Below the pieces are notes generated by a model. The model made no database searches. It was not told the origin of the DNA and saw only the letters and a program-made list of their open reading frames with translations. Source: Leptospira sp. (GTDB lineage: Bacteria; Spirochaetota; Leptospiria; Leptospirales; Leptospiraceae). From it: a stretch of DNA of 64,000 nucleotides. The position numbers were made by a program, and so were the translations under genes. Positions 1-10,416 of this stretch are shown here, one piece after another; positions within the stretch are counted from its first letter, which is position 1; each line of letters begins with the position of its first letter. The stretch lies in contig JAWXAQ010000007.1 of the NCBI GenBank assembly GCA_034439575.1, forward strand, positions 288,454 to 352,453, read 5' to 3'.

Positions 1-1
1 C

Positions 2-178
2 AAGAACATGTCAAAACGTGCCGCCAACTTACTCAGAGAAGATATGGACTTTATGGGCCCTGTACGCTTAAAGGACGTTGAAGATGCTCAGCAAAAAATT
101 GTAAATATTATACGTAAATTGGAAGAAGCGGGTGAAATCGTCGTGGCACGTGCTGGTGAAGATGAACTTGTTGTTTAA
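2..178 (+). CDS. fliG: Flagellar motor switch protein FliG, C-terminal fragment (5' truncated by window edge)
   Basis: Manual translation of frame 2: KNMSKRAANLLREDMDFMGPVRLKDVEDAQQKIVNIIRKLEEAGEIVVARAGEDELVV*, the typical FliG C-terminus. Confidence 0.95.
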   Translation, partial: KNMSKRAANLLREDMDFMGPVRLKDVEDAQQKIVNIIRKLEEAGEIVVARAGEDELVV

Positions 179-238
179 TTAAAAAAGTCTTTTCATTCAA
201 AACTTCCGAAATGATTATTTACTTAATCGGGAGTCATA

Positions 239-1171
239 ATGAAAAAAATATTCATCTTTCTATCACTTATTTTACTTACAATCAGTTGTAGTTCAACAGA
301 CATCAAAAACCAATCCTTAAGACCTGAATTGGATTTACAGGGTCATCGTGGCGCTAGAGGTCTCAAACCAGAAAACACATGGCCTGCTTTTGAAGAAGCA
401 ATCAAATTTAATATGGTTACTTTGGAACTTGATACCGTACTCACAAAAGATAAACGAATTGTGATACATCATGATTCTGAAACCAACCCTGTCATTTGTC
501 AAAATAACGATGGAACAGAAATTACAAAAACTTCGCTATATCTATTAACACTTTCCGAATTACAATCATTAGATTGTGGTTCCAAGAAAAATCCCGCTTT
601 TCCTAACCAAACTTCTGTTCCTGGAACAAAATTATTATCAATAGAAGAGTTTTTTCAAAAAGTTTCAGAAGCAGAAAAGAAAACAAAACAAAAGTATTTG
701 TTCAATATCGAGACCAAGTTTCCCGATGACGGATCTGCTTCCGATTTGATCGTTGAAGAACATACAAATTTATTAATCGCTGCCATAGAAAAATCCAAAG
801 TTGTAGAACGTAGTACAATTCAATCATTCGATATGCGAACATTACCAATTGTTCAAAAAAAGAATTCGAAAATTAGAACAAGTGCTCTTTTTGCACCCAC
901 ATACTTTCAGGGATTTTTGATGACCATCGGTCTTGGAAATGGTTTTCGTGAAAGCATATTAGAAAAAGCAAAATCACTAAAGGTTAATATTATATCACCT
1001 TACTTTCTTTATGTGAACCAAAAATTTGTTAATGTATCTCATGAAGCAAAAATTGAAGTAATTCCATGGACTGTGAATACAGTGAAGGAAATGAAAAGAC
1101 TTGAATCTTGTGGAGTTGATGGAATCATATCAGATTATCCTGATATGTTAGCTGCTACTTTTAAAAAATAA
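239..1171 (+). CDS. Glycerophosphodiester phosphodiesterase (GDPD family), predicted lipoprotein
   Basis: [45 protein letters not shown] motifs; signal peptide ending LTISC. Confidence 0.92.
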   Translation: MKKIFIFLSLILLTISCSSTDIKNQSLRPELDLQGHRGARGLKPENTWPAFEEAIKFNMVTLELDTVLTKDKRIVIHHDSETNPVICQNNDGTEITKTSLYLLTLSELQSLDCGSKKNPAFPNQTSVPGTKLLSIEEFFQKVSEAEKKTKQKYLFNIETKFPDDGSASDLIVEEHTNLLIAAIEKSKVVERSTIQSFDMRTLPIVQKKNSKIRTSALFAPTYFQGFLMTIGLGNGFRESILEKAKSLKVNIISPYFLYVNQKFVNVSHEAKIEVIPWTVNTVKEMKRLESCGVDGIISDYPDMLAATFKK

Positions 1172-1174
1172 AGT

Positions 1175-1495
1175 TTAGCGACCTGTAACAATAGTACATA
1201 AGGAAGAATAAAATAATAATAGATTGTAGGCTTTCTTATCTACTGATTTGATTTTTGTGATTCCAACCGAATGAGCAGCGGCTTCTATGCTGCTGTCCCC
1301 AGTCGTATAAAAGAAAAAAATACGTTTCGTACAGGCCTCACCGATTTTTGTATCTTTTTCTATAAATTCATTTTCTGAGTATCCAATGGTATAATTGCTA
1401 TACAAATACCCGGACGGTCCTATTCCTTGCGGATTTCCTAAATTGATACAAGCGTTAAAAAAAGTAAGTAAGACGAATGCAAAAATCAACTGCAT
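1175..1495 (-). CDS. TRL-like family lipoprotein (start probably ATG 1495, not 1570)
   Basis: Lipobox FNAC; GPSGYLYS, KIGEAC, GDSSIEAAA, C-terminal CTIVTG pattern of TRL-like proteins. Confidence 0.75.
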   Translation of the reverse strand: MQLIFAFVLLTFFNACINLGNPQGIGPSGYLYSNYTIGYSENEFIEKDTKIGEACTKRIFFFYTTGDSSIEAAAHSVGITKIKSVDKKAYNLLLFYSSLCTIVTGR

Positions 1496-1542
1496 TAAAT
1501 TTATAAATTTAAGGTGATTAAATATTTTAGCAATGGAGTAAC

Positions 1543-1848
1543 TCAATTTTTTCCTCCCACCAAAACGCAAAGGGAAGCATAAATACCCAGATAACTTTTA
1601 AGTTCCCAGTTAACGTCTGTTACAATTCGTAAATTACCGAGTTCCTTCGTTTTTGAAATAGATGCATCTCCATAGGCAAATAAACCAAATACTGAATGAA
1701 TACATCTTTTACTAATCGTTGTTGCTTTTTCTCCATTGGAATAGATCGCTAATTTAACATTTGAATAAAGAAATCCATTCGGCCCTACGCCTGGACTTGC
1801 ACAATTGTTTAAGATGCTTACAAAAATAAGAGCTAATAGAAATTTCAT
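1543..1848 (-). CDS. TRL-like family lipoprotein
   Basis: Lipobox LNNC; GPNGFLYS, RCIHSVFGLFAYGDASI, C-terminal CVLVGG. Confidence 0.75.
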   Translation of the reverse strand: MKFLLALIFVSILNNCASPGVGPNGFLYSNVKLAIYSNGEKATTISKRCIHSVFGLFAYGDASISKTKELGNLRIVTDVNWELKSYLGIYASLCVLVGGKN

Positions 1849-1911
1849 TCTGTTGTATAATAGATCAAATGTAATCTGTCGATTTTACTCAATTATGATT
1901 GAATTTTAAAT

Positions 1912-4578
1912 TCACTTTGCATTGTATTCAATTGTTTTTTTTCGCATAACAACGCAGCGACTCTCTAGATCAATTTGTTTTTTTAATGTCTTTTTAATGG
2001 ATGCTGGAAGTTTAGAATGTGAATTTACGAATTTGGTTAGTATCAATCTAGTTTCATCTGTACAAAAATCCGGAGTTAAACTCTTTGCAATCCCATCTAA
2101 ATAATTTTCATCTTCCGTGGAATTAAAATTCGCGAGTTTTTCCAAGTATGGTTTAACATACGGTAGTTGAAGATGCTTTTGATAAATTGGAAATAAAATA
2201 TAAGAAACAATTCTAAGGGTTGATGTAGAATACTCTGATTTTTTGGGTTCAAGGATAATATGAAACCATTTAGATTTAGCGGAATCTTTCGGTGATGATG
2301 CTTCTATAGAATAGGCGGCATTGATACCTCGTGAAGAGGGGTCATTTATTTTTTCTTTTTGAATGAGCGTTTCAAATTCATTGTTTGAAAACCCTAGTGA
2401 AGATAATTTTCCAAGCATAACCCAACGAAGGTCTTGGTCAATTTTTAGACCTGGAATGCTAATTTTTCCATTCAAAACTTCCATAAGTCGTTCTTGATCT
2501 TTAATAACATAAGAGCTATCTACATAAGCAGTAAACCAATACCTTTGTGCATCCGTGGAAGCTTTTTCAGATAATAAACTTTCCCAGAGAAAATTGGAAA
2601 GGGATTCTAAATCCTTAATTTTTTTATCGTCACTTAACCAAAATCGACTTACAAAATAGGAGTAACCTTTATCGGCTGTTATTTGAGAAAGAATCCATTT
2701 TTTTATTTTAGTATTTTCTTCTTTCGGTAAAATATCTTTTGCTACATTATAAAATTCATCAAAACTGACTTTGCCTAGTTCCATTTGATCTGCAAAATTA
2801 CTCCAAAGTATAAGTTTTCTAAATGAATCAGTATCATTTTGAAGTATGTATTTTAATTTATCAATTTTTACATCAGTCCATTTCCACGTAACAAAATCTT
2901 GGTCATCCGCATTTACTAAAACAAAATCAGGACAAAAAGGTACTTTTTCAACAAAGTGAGTTATTCGACCTGCATAGATAAGTGAAAAGGTTTCATAATT
3001 AAATTTAGGTAATGTGGATGCGGATTCTTTTTCAGGGGAATTTATTTTGTATAATCCAATGTTCATTTTATGATCTCGGTATCGGTTCCCTTCCCCATTT
3101 GCAGACTGGATGATTTTCCATTTTAAAAATCCATCAGAGCATTCTGAAAAAAATTCTATTTCATTGGTTCCCTTGGATTCAAGCCAATCTTTTGACCATT
3201 TACGAAGGGAAATACCACCAGCTAATTCGAGTTCAACTAAAAAATCTTTCAAAGTGGAATTTGAAAATGCATATCTTTTTAAATAATTTTGAACTCCTTT
3301 TTGGAAGGTATCATCTCCTATAAAAAACACTAATTGTTTGAGAACGGATGCACCCTTTCCATAAGTTATCCCGTCAAATTGTGTGAAGGCTTCCTCCGTA
3401 TTTGCCACTTTGGTTTCTATCGCATGATTTGTTTGAAACGAATCTTCGCTATATGCCCATTGTTTCATTTTTTCGAAAAAGGATTCCCAAGTTTCAGAAA
3501 ATTGCGATCCCCTTTCTTGTGCTAGGCTCGCCATGTAAGTTGCGAAACTTTCATTTAGCCATAGTCCATTCCACCATTTCATTGTTACAAGGTTACCGAA
3601 CCACATATGTGCCATTTCGTGTAAAATTACATCTGACAAGTTTTCTTTCTGAGCTCTTGTCATAAGGCTTCTGGATACAAATCTTTCCGAAAATGTCACA
3701 GCTCCCACATTTTCCATGGCACCAAAATTAAATTCTGGAACTATGATTTGATCGTACTTCGAAAATGGATAGGGATAAGCAAAATACCCTTCAAAGAATG
3801 AAAATCCTTCCTTCGTATATTGGAACCAATCTGCAAAGTTCACATAACTAGAAAGTGAGCGTCTAACATATAATTTTAAAGGAATATTGTTATATTTGTC
3901 TTCCCAAACATGAAAAGGTCCAGCATGTAAGGAAAATACATAAGGTGAAAATTTTTCCGAAATTGGGAAAGTGTGAATATTGTTTTCAATATTTGTTGGG
4001 GAAGGTAAGATTGATGATTGTAATGTAGAAGAAATTATCTTCCAAGATTTTGGTGCTTCGGTTGTTAGCTGATAGGTGGCTTTTAAATCTGGTTGGTCAA
4101 AACAAGGAAACATTTTATTCGCATGAAATGCTTCAAATTGTGAATAGAGATAAATTTCTTTGTCATCCGGATCTATAAATTTATGTAATCCATTCCCAGT
4201 GCGAGAATAAGGAGTTTTAAAATTAATACTGATTAAATTTTTACCCTTTTTGATAAATTCATCAGGTAAAATGAGATGACCATTGTTATGTGATAGTTTA
4301 TCGAAAACATTTTCATCGTTTAGGATGATAGAATCAATTTTGCCAGAAAAATAGTCCAATCTCAGATCTGCAGATTTCCAAACATCGAATTGAATTTCAA
4401 CTTTTCCTTCGAAAGAATCTTCTTTTCCCAATTTAATATTTAAATTGTAATGGATATTTGAAAGAAGGCTAGCTCGTTTTTCCGCATCTTGCTGAGTTAG
4501 ATGGTATGAATCTTGATAAACTTGACATGATATAAAAAATATAAAAATGGTATATTTGATTTTTGATAGATAATTCAT
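1912..4578 (-). CDS. pepN: Aminopeptidase N (M1 family), probable lipoprotein
   Basis: GAMEN exopeptidase motif, HEMAH-x18-E (LWLNESFA) zinc motif, FPCFDQPDLKA, FDGITYGKG; N-terminal FFISC. Confidence 0.95.
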   Translation of the reverse strand: MNYLSKIKYTIFIFFISCQVYQDSYHLTQQDAEKRASLLSNIHYNLNIKLGKEDSFEGKVEIQFDVWKSADLRLDYFSGKIDSIILNDENVFDKLSHNNGHLILPDEFIKKGKNLISINFKTPYSRTGNGLHKFIDPDDKEIYLYSQFEAFHANKMFPCFDQPDLKATYQLTTEAPKSWKIISSTLQSSILPSPTNIENNIHTFPISEKFSPYVFSLHAGPFHVWEDKYNNIPLKLYVRRSLSSYVNFADWFQYTKEGFSFFEGYFAYPYPFSKYDQIIVPEFNFGAMENVGAVTFSERFVSRSLMTRAQKENLSDVILHEMAHMWFGNLVTMKWWNGLWLNESFATYMASLAQERGSQFSETWESFFEKMKQWAYSEDSFQTNHAIETKVANTEEAFTQFDGITYGKGASVLKQLVFFIGDDTFQKGVQNYLKRYAFSNSTLKDFLVELELAGGISLRKWSKDWLESKGTNEIEFFSECSDGFLKWKIIQSANGEGNRYRDHKMNIGLYKINSPEKESASTLPKFNYETFSLIYAGRITHFVEKVPFCPDFVLVNADDQDFVTWKWTDVKIDKLKYILQNDTDSFRKLILWSNFADQMELGKVSFDEFYNVAKDILPKEENTKIKKWILSQITADKGYSYFVSRFWLSDDKKIKDLESLSNFLWESLLSEKASTDAQRYWFTAYVDSSYVIKDQERLMEVLNGKISIPGLKIDQDLRWVMLGKLSSLGFSNNEFETLIQKEKINDPSSRGINAAYSIEASSPKDSAKSKWFHIILEPKKSEYSTSTLRIVSYILFPIYQKHLQLPYVKPYLEKLANFNSTEDENYLDGIAKSLTPDFCTDETRLILTKFVNSHSKLPASIKKTLKKQIDLESRCVVMRKKTIEYNAK

Positions 4579-4587
4579 AAATGTATC

Positions 4588-5922
4588 CTATGGTTGAAAA
4601 CTCTTGGATAATATGGCCCAATCAAGATTATCTCGATTCTTCCAATTTGCTTCGGGAAAGTATTTCCCTCCAATCGATTTTAGAATCAATTCCATATATT
4701 CTTCTCCTGGATCAAAGTCTTTTGCATTCAAAAATATCGATCCACCCCATTTTTTCTTAGCCTGAGTATGGCTAAAAATGCCTGAATAGGAAGAAATATC
4801 TTCATTAGTTGCAGGTATCCTGTATTTTTTGATGAGTTCTGAAACGAGAATCTTTACTTTTTCAGTTTGGATGGTTTGGGAAATTAATTCAGCTGTATCT
4901 TTGGCTACGATTTCAATTTGAATGCAGTTGTCATTTGTCCCTGTAGCGGCAGCGGCTCTTTCTTCTAATGCATCGACCAATTGGTATATTTTTCCATCTT
5001 TATCAACCATGAGTGTAGCTGTTAGGTTGCGGTTTTCTAAAGTTTTTAGAGACTGAAAATAATCAGGTATGGCTGTGTAATGTAGAACTACACAAGTTGG
5101 ATGAATAATCCCTCTATGCGTATAACGAACTCTATATGATTCTATGGGAAAGTTATTTTCATCTTTTTCGATGGATGTAAGTTCCACCTTTTTTGCTTTG
5201 GAGATACCTCTTCCATTGGTAGGATTAAAACTTTCCTGGAGTTTTTGTTTGTTTTCTTTTTTTAAAACCCAGCCCGATTCAAACCTATCTTTCCAGAAAT
5301 CTTCTTCGAAAAATTTTCCTTTGACATCTCTTAAAATGGAGGCTAATGCTTTTTCCCCACCACAGCTTGAAAAATCCACAAAACCACCAAATCGTCGTTT
5401 GGCTTGGTTGTGAGTAAAAATTCCCTTTCTATCAATTATATTCTCATTTGATTTTTGAATATTCAGGTCTTCAGATAACTGAGATAAGGTTTTGACTAAG
5501 GAATCATATTGTTTAGCATTAGATAATAGATTTTCTTGGCTTCCTTCATAGGATAAATGTACCGCAACCTCATCAATGCCCGGCGCCGCTAAAAGAGTTT
5601 TTTTCAAAAAATTTGAATCTGCATAAACTTCACCAGTCTTATCAACAAATATATGGATCATGAATTGATTTTGAGATGAGAGTTTTAAATACTCATTGGC
5701 ACTTTTTTTATCAGTTGCATGTAAGATGATCGCTGTAACCGTTTCAGGATTTCGCGCCGTAAAAGGAATTTGTTGCCAGTTGATTCCTGTAAGATTCGAA
5801 CTTTGAAACGGCTTCGCTTCTGGAAGAATTACATCGTTCTGTAGATCTTTCTTTCGAAAATTTGGCAAACATTCCAAGAAAATTAAGAAAAATAATGATA
5901 AAATGTGCCATCTATGACACAA
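4588..5922 (-). CDS. N-acetylmuramoyl-L-alanine amidase-like protein with two tandem Amidase_2-type domains (start uncertain, TTG 5922 likely)
   Basis: Two copies of the ILH/VLH-x-T ... VDKxGxxY ... GIFxHxQAK pattern; hydrophobic signal ending FLEC. Confidence 0.75.
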   Translation of the reverse strand: MCHRWHILSLFFLIFLECLPNFRKKDLQNDVILPEAKPFQSSNLTGINWQQIPFTARNPETVTAIILHATDKKSANEYLKLSSQNQFMIHIFVDKTGEVYADSNFLKKTLLAAPGIDEVAVHLSYEGSQENLLSNAKQYDSLVKTLSQLSEDLNIQKSNENIIDRKGIFTHNQAKRRFGGFVDFSSCGGEKALASILRDVKGKFFEEDFWKDRFESGWVLKKENKQKLQESFNPTNGRGISKAKKVELTSIEKDENNFPIESYRVRYTHRGIIHPTCVVLHYTAIPDYFQSLKTLENRNLTATLMVDKDGKIYQLVDALEERAAAATGTNDNCIQIEIVAKDTAELISQTIQTEKVKILVSELIKKYRIPATNEDISSYSGIFSHTQAKKKWGGSIFLNAKDFDPGEEYMELILKSIGGKYFPEANWKNRDNLDWAILSKSFQP

Positions 5923-5947
5923 TAGCCATCTAATCCCAAAGTTAAGG

Positions 5948-6454
5948 ATGAATGAATTGGAACAATTTACTCTTTCTAGGAATCGATTTTTTAAATTTAC
6001 TCTCAAATGTTTTGCCCTGACCGCTATTTCCTTAAAAGGAATCAATTGTGGTCCAGGAATTGTGACTCCAAAACTCCGAGGAATTTCGGAGGAAGCCTAC
6101 CACAATTTCCGTTCCTTACAAGAGATCTTTCTAAAAGATAATCCTATTACTAATTTTGATTTGGGGCTTGCATTAGACAATTACGTTTATGGTCACCCTT
6201 ACCCGATTGAAACAGAGAGTGTATTGCAATTGTTAGTTGATTTACCTTCTTCAGTTCTCGCGGCAGTCGCATTGGATTTTTCATTTACCCCAATGGTAAA
6301 ATTAACCCCAGAAGAAAGATTGCAAAGACTACTTTCATGGAAAAATTCTTCCCTTGGTCTAAAAAGAGGAGCTTACGCTATATTAAGACAAATCTCTTTT
6401 TTCCTTTTAAGTTCTGATAAAGATTACCAACGTTTTGTTGGTTACATAGAGTAA
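5948..6454 (+). CDS. Small partner subunit of adjacent GMC oxidoreductase; Tat-like/lipoprotein signal
   Basis: SRNRFFK twin-arginine-like motif, GINC lipobox; FxxxxxLxxEERxxRLxSWxxS motif like the N-terminus of long-chain alcohol oxidases; 15 bp from GMC gene. Confidence 0.6.
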   Translation: MNELEQFTLSRNRFFKFTLKCFALTAISLKGINCGPGIVTPKLRGISEEAYHNFRSLQEIFLKDNPITNFDLGLALDNYVYGHPYPIETESVLQLLVDLPSSVLAAVALDFSFTPMVKLTPEERLQRLLSWKNSSLGLKRGAYAILRQISFFLLSSDKDYQRFVGYIE

Positions 6455-6469
6455 GGCGGTCATTATTTC

Positions 6470-8077
6470 ATGGGCATCCCACAAGAAAATTCAAAAATTA
6501 TAACTCCAAAGTTACATGAATCCATTATAAAACAAAATTCCATTACTGATGGTAAATGGAAAATGAGTGCTGATGTAGTCATCATCGGATCCGGGGCAGG
6601 TGGCGCAGTTGCCGCCGCAGAACTAGCGAAAGCTGGCTGGAAAGTAGTTCTTATTGAAGAAGGAAGTTATTTTACTCCTGCTCAATTCAATTCAGACGAA
6701 TTTCTGTCCCAAGCAAGGTTGTATCGTGATGCTGGTTTCATTGTATCCGAAGAACAAACCATTTCTATACTCCAAGGAAAAACTATCGGTGGTTCAACGA
6801 CGATCAATTGGCAAACATCTCTTTTTCCTCCCGAATATGTAACTGACGAATGGGAAAAAAGATTTGGTTGGAAAGATGTTTCTCGCACTGCTATGGACCC
6901 TTATGTTTCAGAAGTACATGAACGATTGGGAGTGCACGAAGTTCCAGAAGAACTCATCAATGCCAATAATGATGTAATTCGAAAAGGAAGTAAAAAGTTA
7001 GGCTTAAATCCCCAAGTCTTAAAAAATAATAACAGAGGATGTATAGGACTCGGTAGGTGTGGACTTGGATGTCCGATTAACGCCAAGCAGTCGACATTTT
7101 TGACTTGGATTCCTGATGCCATTGCAAATGGCGCAACCGTGATTTCCAATATGAGAGCAGTGAATATCAAAGAAGGTAAAATCAAAACAGTCATAGCTGA
7201 TTTTGCACCTGATGCGTATGAAAAAGCACCTAATGTGCATTTGAATTCTCTAGAGATAGAAGCACCTGTTGTCATTGTTAGCGCTGGTGCCATTGAAGGT
7301 CCTGCATTATTACTCCGAAGTGGACTTGGAAATAAGTGGGTCGGACGAAATTTAAAAGTTCATCCTACCTCTACAATTTTTGGAAAATTCAATAATGAAA
7401 TCAAAATGTTCCAAGGCCCACCTCAATCCATAGTCGTGAAAGATGGGCACAATCAAAATGGGACTGGATACGGATACTGGTTGGAAGCAGCACCTTACAG
7501 ACCCACACTGGCATCTTCCCTTGTTCCATTCTATGGAAAGGCACAATTTGACGTCATGAAGGATTTCAAAAACTACAATGCAGGCATTGTACTTGTCCGT
7601 GATGGTGCTGACGGAGAGGCAAATGGTAGTGTTGAATGGAGTTTTGGGCGAAGGAAAGTTTACTTTGAACTAACACCAACAGACGGATTGAATATGTTAA
7701 GGGGATTAAAAACTTTAGCAGAGATAACAGTTGCTGCTGGTGCGACAGAACTTATTTTTCCTTTCACAAGATTCACTGAGCCTTATAAAGTTGGATCAAC
7801 TGAAAACTTTGATTGGATATTAAAAGAAAATTTTAAACCAGGATATTTATCTGTAGGGTCAGCTCATCCTCATGGTTCAATCCAATCCGCAAACGATCAA
7901 AATTTAGGCGCAGTGGATTTAAATTTAGAACTTTATGGCCATAAAAACATATTTGTCATGGATGCGTCAATTTATCCAACAGGCTTATCTGTAAATCCGC
8001 AGATTACAACGATGAGTATGGTTCTTCGTGCCGCAAGAGTACTTTCCAAACAAAAAGTGGAGCGAACGAAAGTTTAA
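6470..8077 (+). CDS. GMC family oxidoreductase (long-chain alcohol oxidase-like)
   Basis: VIIGSGAGG FAD motif, GKTIGGSTTIN, CxxLGRCGLGCP, SAHPHGS, DASIYPTGLSVNPQIT. Confidence 0.9.
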   Translation: MGIPQENSKIITPKLHESIIKQNSITDGKWKMSADVVIIGSGAGGAVAAAELAKAGWKVVLIEEGSYFTPAQFNSDEFLSQARLYRDAGFIVSEEQTISILQGKTIGGSTTINWQTSLFPPEYVTDEWEKRFGWKDVSRTAMDPYVSEVHERLGVHEVPEELINANNDVIRKGSKKLGLNPQVLKNNNRGCIGLGRCGLGCPINAKQSTFLTWIPDAIANGATVISNMRAVNIKEGKIKTVIADFAPDAYEKAPNVHLNSLEIEAPVVIVSAGAIEGPALLLRSGLGNKWVGRNLKVHPTSTIFGKFNNEIKMFQGPPQSIVVKDGHNQNGTGYGYWLEAAPYRPTLASSLVPFYGKAQFDVMKDFKNYNAGIVLVRDGADGEANGSVEWSFGRRKVYFELTPTDGLNMLRGLKTLAEITVAAGATELIFPFTRFTEPYKVGSTENFDWILKENFKPGYLSVGSAHPHGSIQSANDQNLGAVDLNLELYGHKNIFVMDASIYPTGLSVNPQITTMSMVLRAARVLSKQKVERTKV

Positions 8078-8121
8078 TTTTTTTCTAAAATTCCCTTTCT
8101 TTCCCATGAGTTTCATGTTTT

Positions 8122-9684
8122 TTGGAACTTGTGGGAAAATTGTTCTCTCTACTATTCATTCTAATCTTATCAGTACCAGTTTTTGCCAATGAAAATGCGA
8201 TTCTTAAAGACGCTAAGAAAGCTTTCTCTCGTAAGGCGTATTCCGAATCCATAAAGAAATTTTCGAAATATTCAGAAACTCATCCTTCTGATGGGGAACC
8301 ATATATGTATTTGGGTTACATATATGAATACAAAAAAGATTATCCAAATTCGATAAACAATTTTCGAAAAGCAGCTGAGCTTAATTTAGAAAAATCACAT
8401 AAGAAAACTGTAATATTGAAATTAGCATTATTTTTTAATTATCATCAAGATTGGAATTTAGCCGCAGCGTACTCTTCTCGTTATTTGAAATATGAACCAA
8501 ACAATGAAGAAATGCAAAAAATTTACAATCGAGCGACGACTAACCGCGGTAATCCAAATTCTAACACTACAAATATTTCTCCACCTAGACATTCGGATAA
8601 CAAAGTAAATGATGAAAAAACCCCTGTAAAAAAACCAGTGGTTGTTGAAAATGATAACGATGATGTTAAGCCAAGTTCTGATTATGAAAAGGGACTAAAA
8701 GAAAATCCCAATGATGAAGAATTGCGCTGGGAATATAGCTTGGCTCTTTTTGAAGAAAAAAAGTATGATCTTGCAGAACAAAATATAAATCAGTTGATTG
8801 AAAAAAATCCAAATCGAACAAGATATCATTATAAATTAGGTATCGTTAAACTAAGAAAGGATGATCCAAAGGGAGCTATCGAATCCTTTGAAAAAGCACG
8901 GAAAAATCCATTTTCAAAAGATACCAATGTATTCCTATATTATGTTTATCTAAATGAAGGTATTGCCTATCAAAAGTTAAAACAATTTGATTTAGCAGAG
9001 TCTTCATTTTTAGGCGCACTAAAACAATTAAACAAAGATACTCCTCACCTTGCTCTTGCTAGACTCTATCATTCTCAATCAAAATGGGGACTTTGTGCAG
9101 AAAAAGCCGAAAGTGCGATCGGGCTTGCGGCACAAGTAGAATCTCATATGTTTCGATTTGTCTGTTTGGCGGAAGATGGAAAATCTGGCTCAAGGTTCGA
9201 AACAAGTTTTGATAAATATTATATTTTTTTAGAATCAAATTATCCAAATGCATCCAAATCTCCAGAAAAATACCAGGTGGGTTTTCTACGGTTGGCAAGA
9301 CATCTAACTGCCATTGGCAAAGAAGCAAATGCTGAAAAGTATTTCTCTATTCTAGAGACAGATCCAGAAGTGAACCAAACTAGAGAGTATTTATTTTATA
9401 GAGGAAAGAATCTTTTTTACTTAAACAAAATTGATTTAGCGATACCACTTCTTCAAAAAGTTTCCAATTCACCGGCATCTAGTTATTTACTCGCGAGAAG
9501 TTTTGCAAAAAAAGGAGATTTAGCGTCTGTTAAATTGAATTTAAAATCAGCGGGTAGTATTAAAGATGAATATTGGGATATGGCAAAAACAGAAAAAGAT
9601 TTTAAAGCCTTTGAATCTGACCTTTCTTTTAAAGAATTTATAAAAAATAAAGGCAAAGAGACAGATCCAAAATCTACTCCGTAA
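8122..9684 (+). CDS. Exported tetratricopeptide-repeat protein
   Basis: Signal peptide (PVFA), multiple TPR-like helices (YLGYIYE, YKLGIV, YLNEGIAY), Asn/Pro-rich linker. Confidence 0.8.
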   Translation: MELVGKLFSLLFILILSVPVFANENAILKDAKKAFSRKAYSESIKKFSKYSETHPSDGEPYMYLGYIYEYKKDYPNSINNFRKAAELNLEKSHKKTVILKLALFFNYHQDWNLAAAYSSRYLKYEPNNEEMQKIYNRATTNRGNPNSNTTNISPPRHSDNKVNDEKTPVKKPVVVENDNDDVKPSSDYEKGLKENPNDEELRWEYSLALFEEKKYDLAEQNINQLIEKNPNRTRYHYKLGIVKLRKDDPKGAIESFEKARKNPFSKDTNVFLYYVYLNEGIAYQKLKQFDLAESSFLGALKQLNKDTPHLALARLYHSQSKWGLCAEKAESAIGLAAQVESHMFRFVCLAEDGKSGSRFETSFDKYYIFLESNYPNASKSPEKYQVGFLRLARHLTAIGKEANAEKYFSILETDPEVNQTREYLFYRGKNLFYLNKIDLAIPLLQKVSNSPASSYLLARSFAKKGDLASVKLNLKSAGSIKDEYWDMAKTEKDFKAFESDLSFKEFIKNKGKETDPKSTP

Positions 9685-9697
9685 GTTCCAATATCTA

Positions 9698-10414
9698 TTA
9701 TTCTTGTTCTTTCTGCTCTTTAGGAATATATCCTTTAAAAAGATCTGATCTTAATTTTCTAAACGTTTCTATCGAAATTTGACCAGGAGCCTTTGGTTCA
9801 CTTAAGGTCATATAAGTGTATGAAGAATTAAAATGATCACCAAATACACGAGAGATGATTCCGGATTCACCCATACAAATGCCTATCATAGTATTTGTTT
9901 TTGCGAGAATTTTTACATCATTCATAAAATCTGCGGTCTCTTCGATGTCTTCAGGGGTGATAGCAAATTTATAAATTGGATTTTTCTTTTTAACAGGCTT
10001 AGAATTTTGAATGAATTCTCTCATTTCTTTAGCGTATATGGATTTTTTAAAAGAATGGTAAGAATAAATAATTCTAAAGTTTAACTGCTCATAGTTGGTA
10101 AAAATAGTATCATCTCTATTTAGTTCTATGTCCAAGTAATTTGAGTTGTCATTAAAATCTTTTAAAATACCTTCCACATCTTCGGGAAATAATTTAACAT
10201 AAGATTTAACACTACTATCTTCTGCTCTGCGGTAAGTAAAAAGAGCAGGGAGACCAAGGGTTTTTATTTTTTTCTTCATCTCTTTTTGGATGTAGTTTCT
10301 GGAAAATAAATCTAATCTTATCTCTAAAACATCCACATCTTTAACATCTTTCTTTTGGAGATTGCGAATGTCATCTTCGCCTAGTGTTGCGATAATTTTA
10401 TAAGAATCTGGCAT
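9698..10414 (-). CDS. aroD: Type I 3-dehydroquinate dehydratase
   Basis: DVLEIRLD, LFTYRR, YLDIEL, SYH (catalytic His), YKFA (Schiff-base Lys), CMGESGIISR, APGQI. Confidence 0.9.
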   Translation of the reverse strand: MPDSYKIIATLGEDDIRNLQKKDVKDVDVLEIRLDLFSRNYIQKEMKKKIKTLGLPALFTYRRAEDSSVKSYVKLFPEDVEGILKDFNDNSNYLDIELNRDDTIFTNYEQLNFRIIYSYHSFKKSIYAKEMREFIQNSKPVKKKNPIYKFAITPEDIEETADFMNDVKILAKTNTMIGICMGESGIISRVFGDHFNSSYTYMTLSEPKAPGQISIETFRKLRSDLFKGYIPKEQKEQE

Positions 10415-10416
10415 AA

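Noticed and set aside
5923-6045. Long N-terminal extension of the amidase overlapping the divergent gene
   Set aside because: Overlaps a credible + strand CDS; the signal peptide begins near 5922
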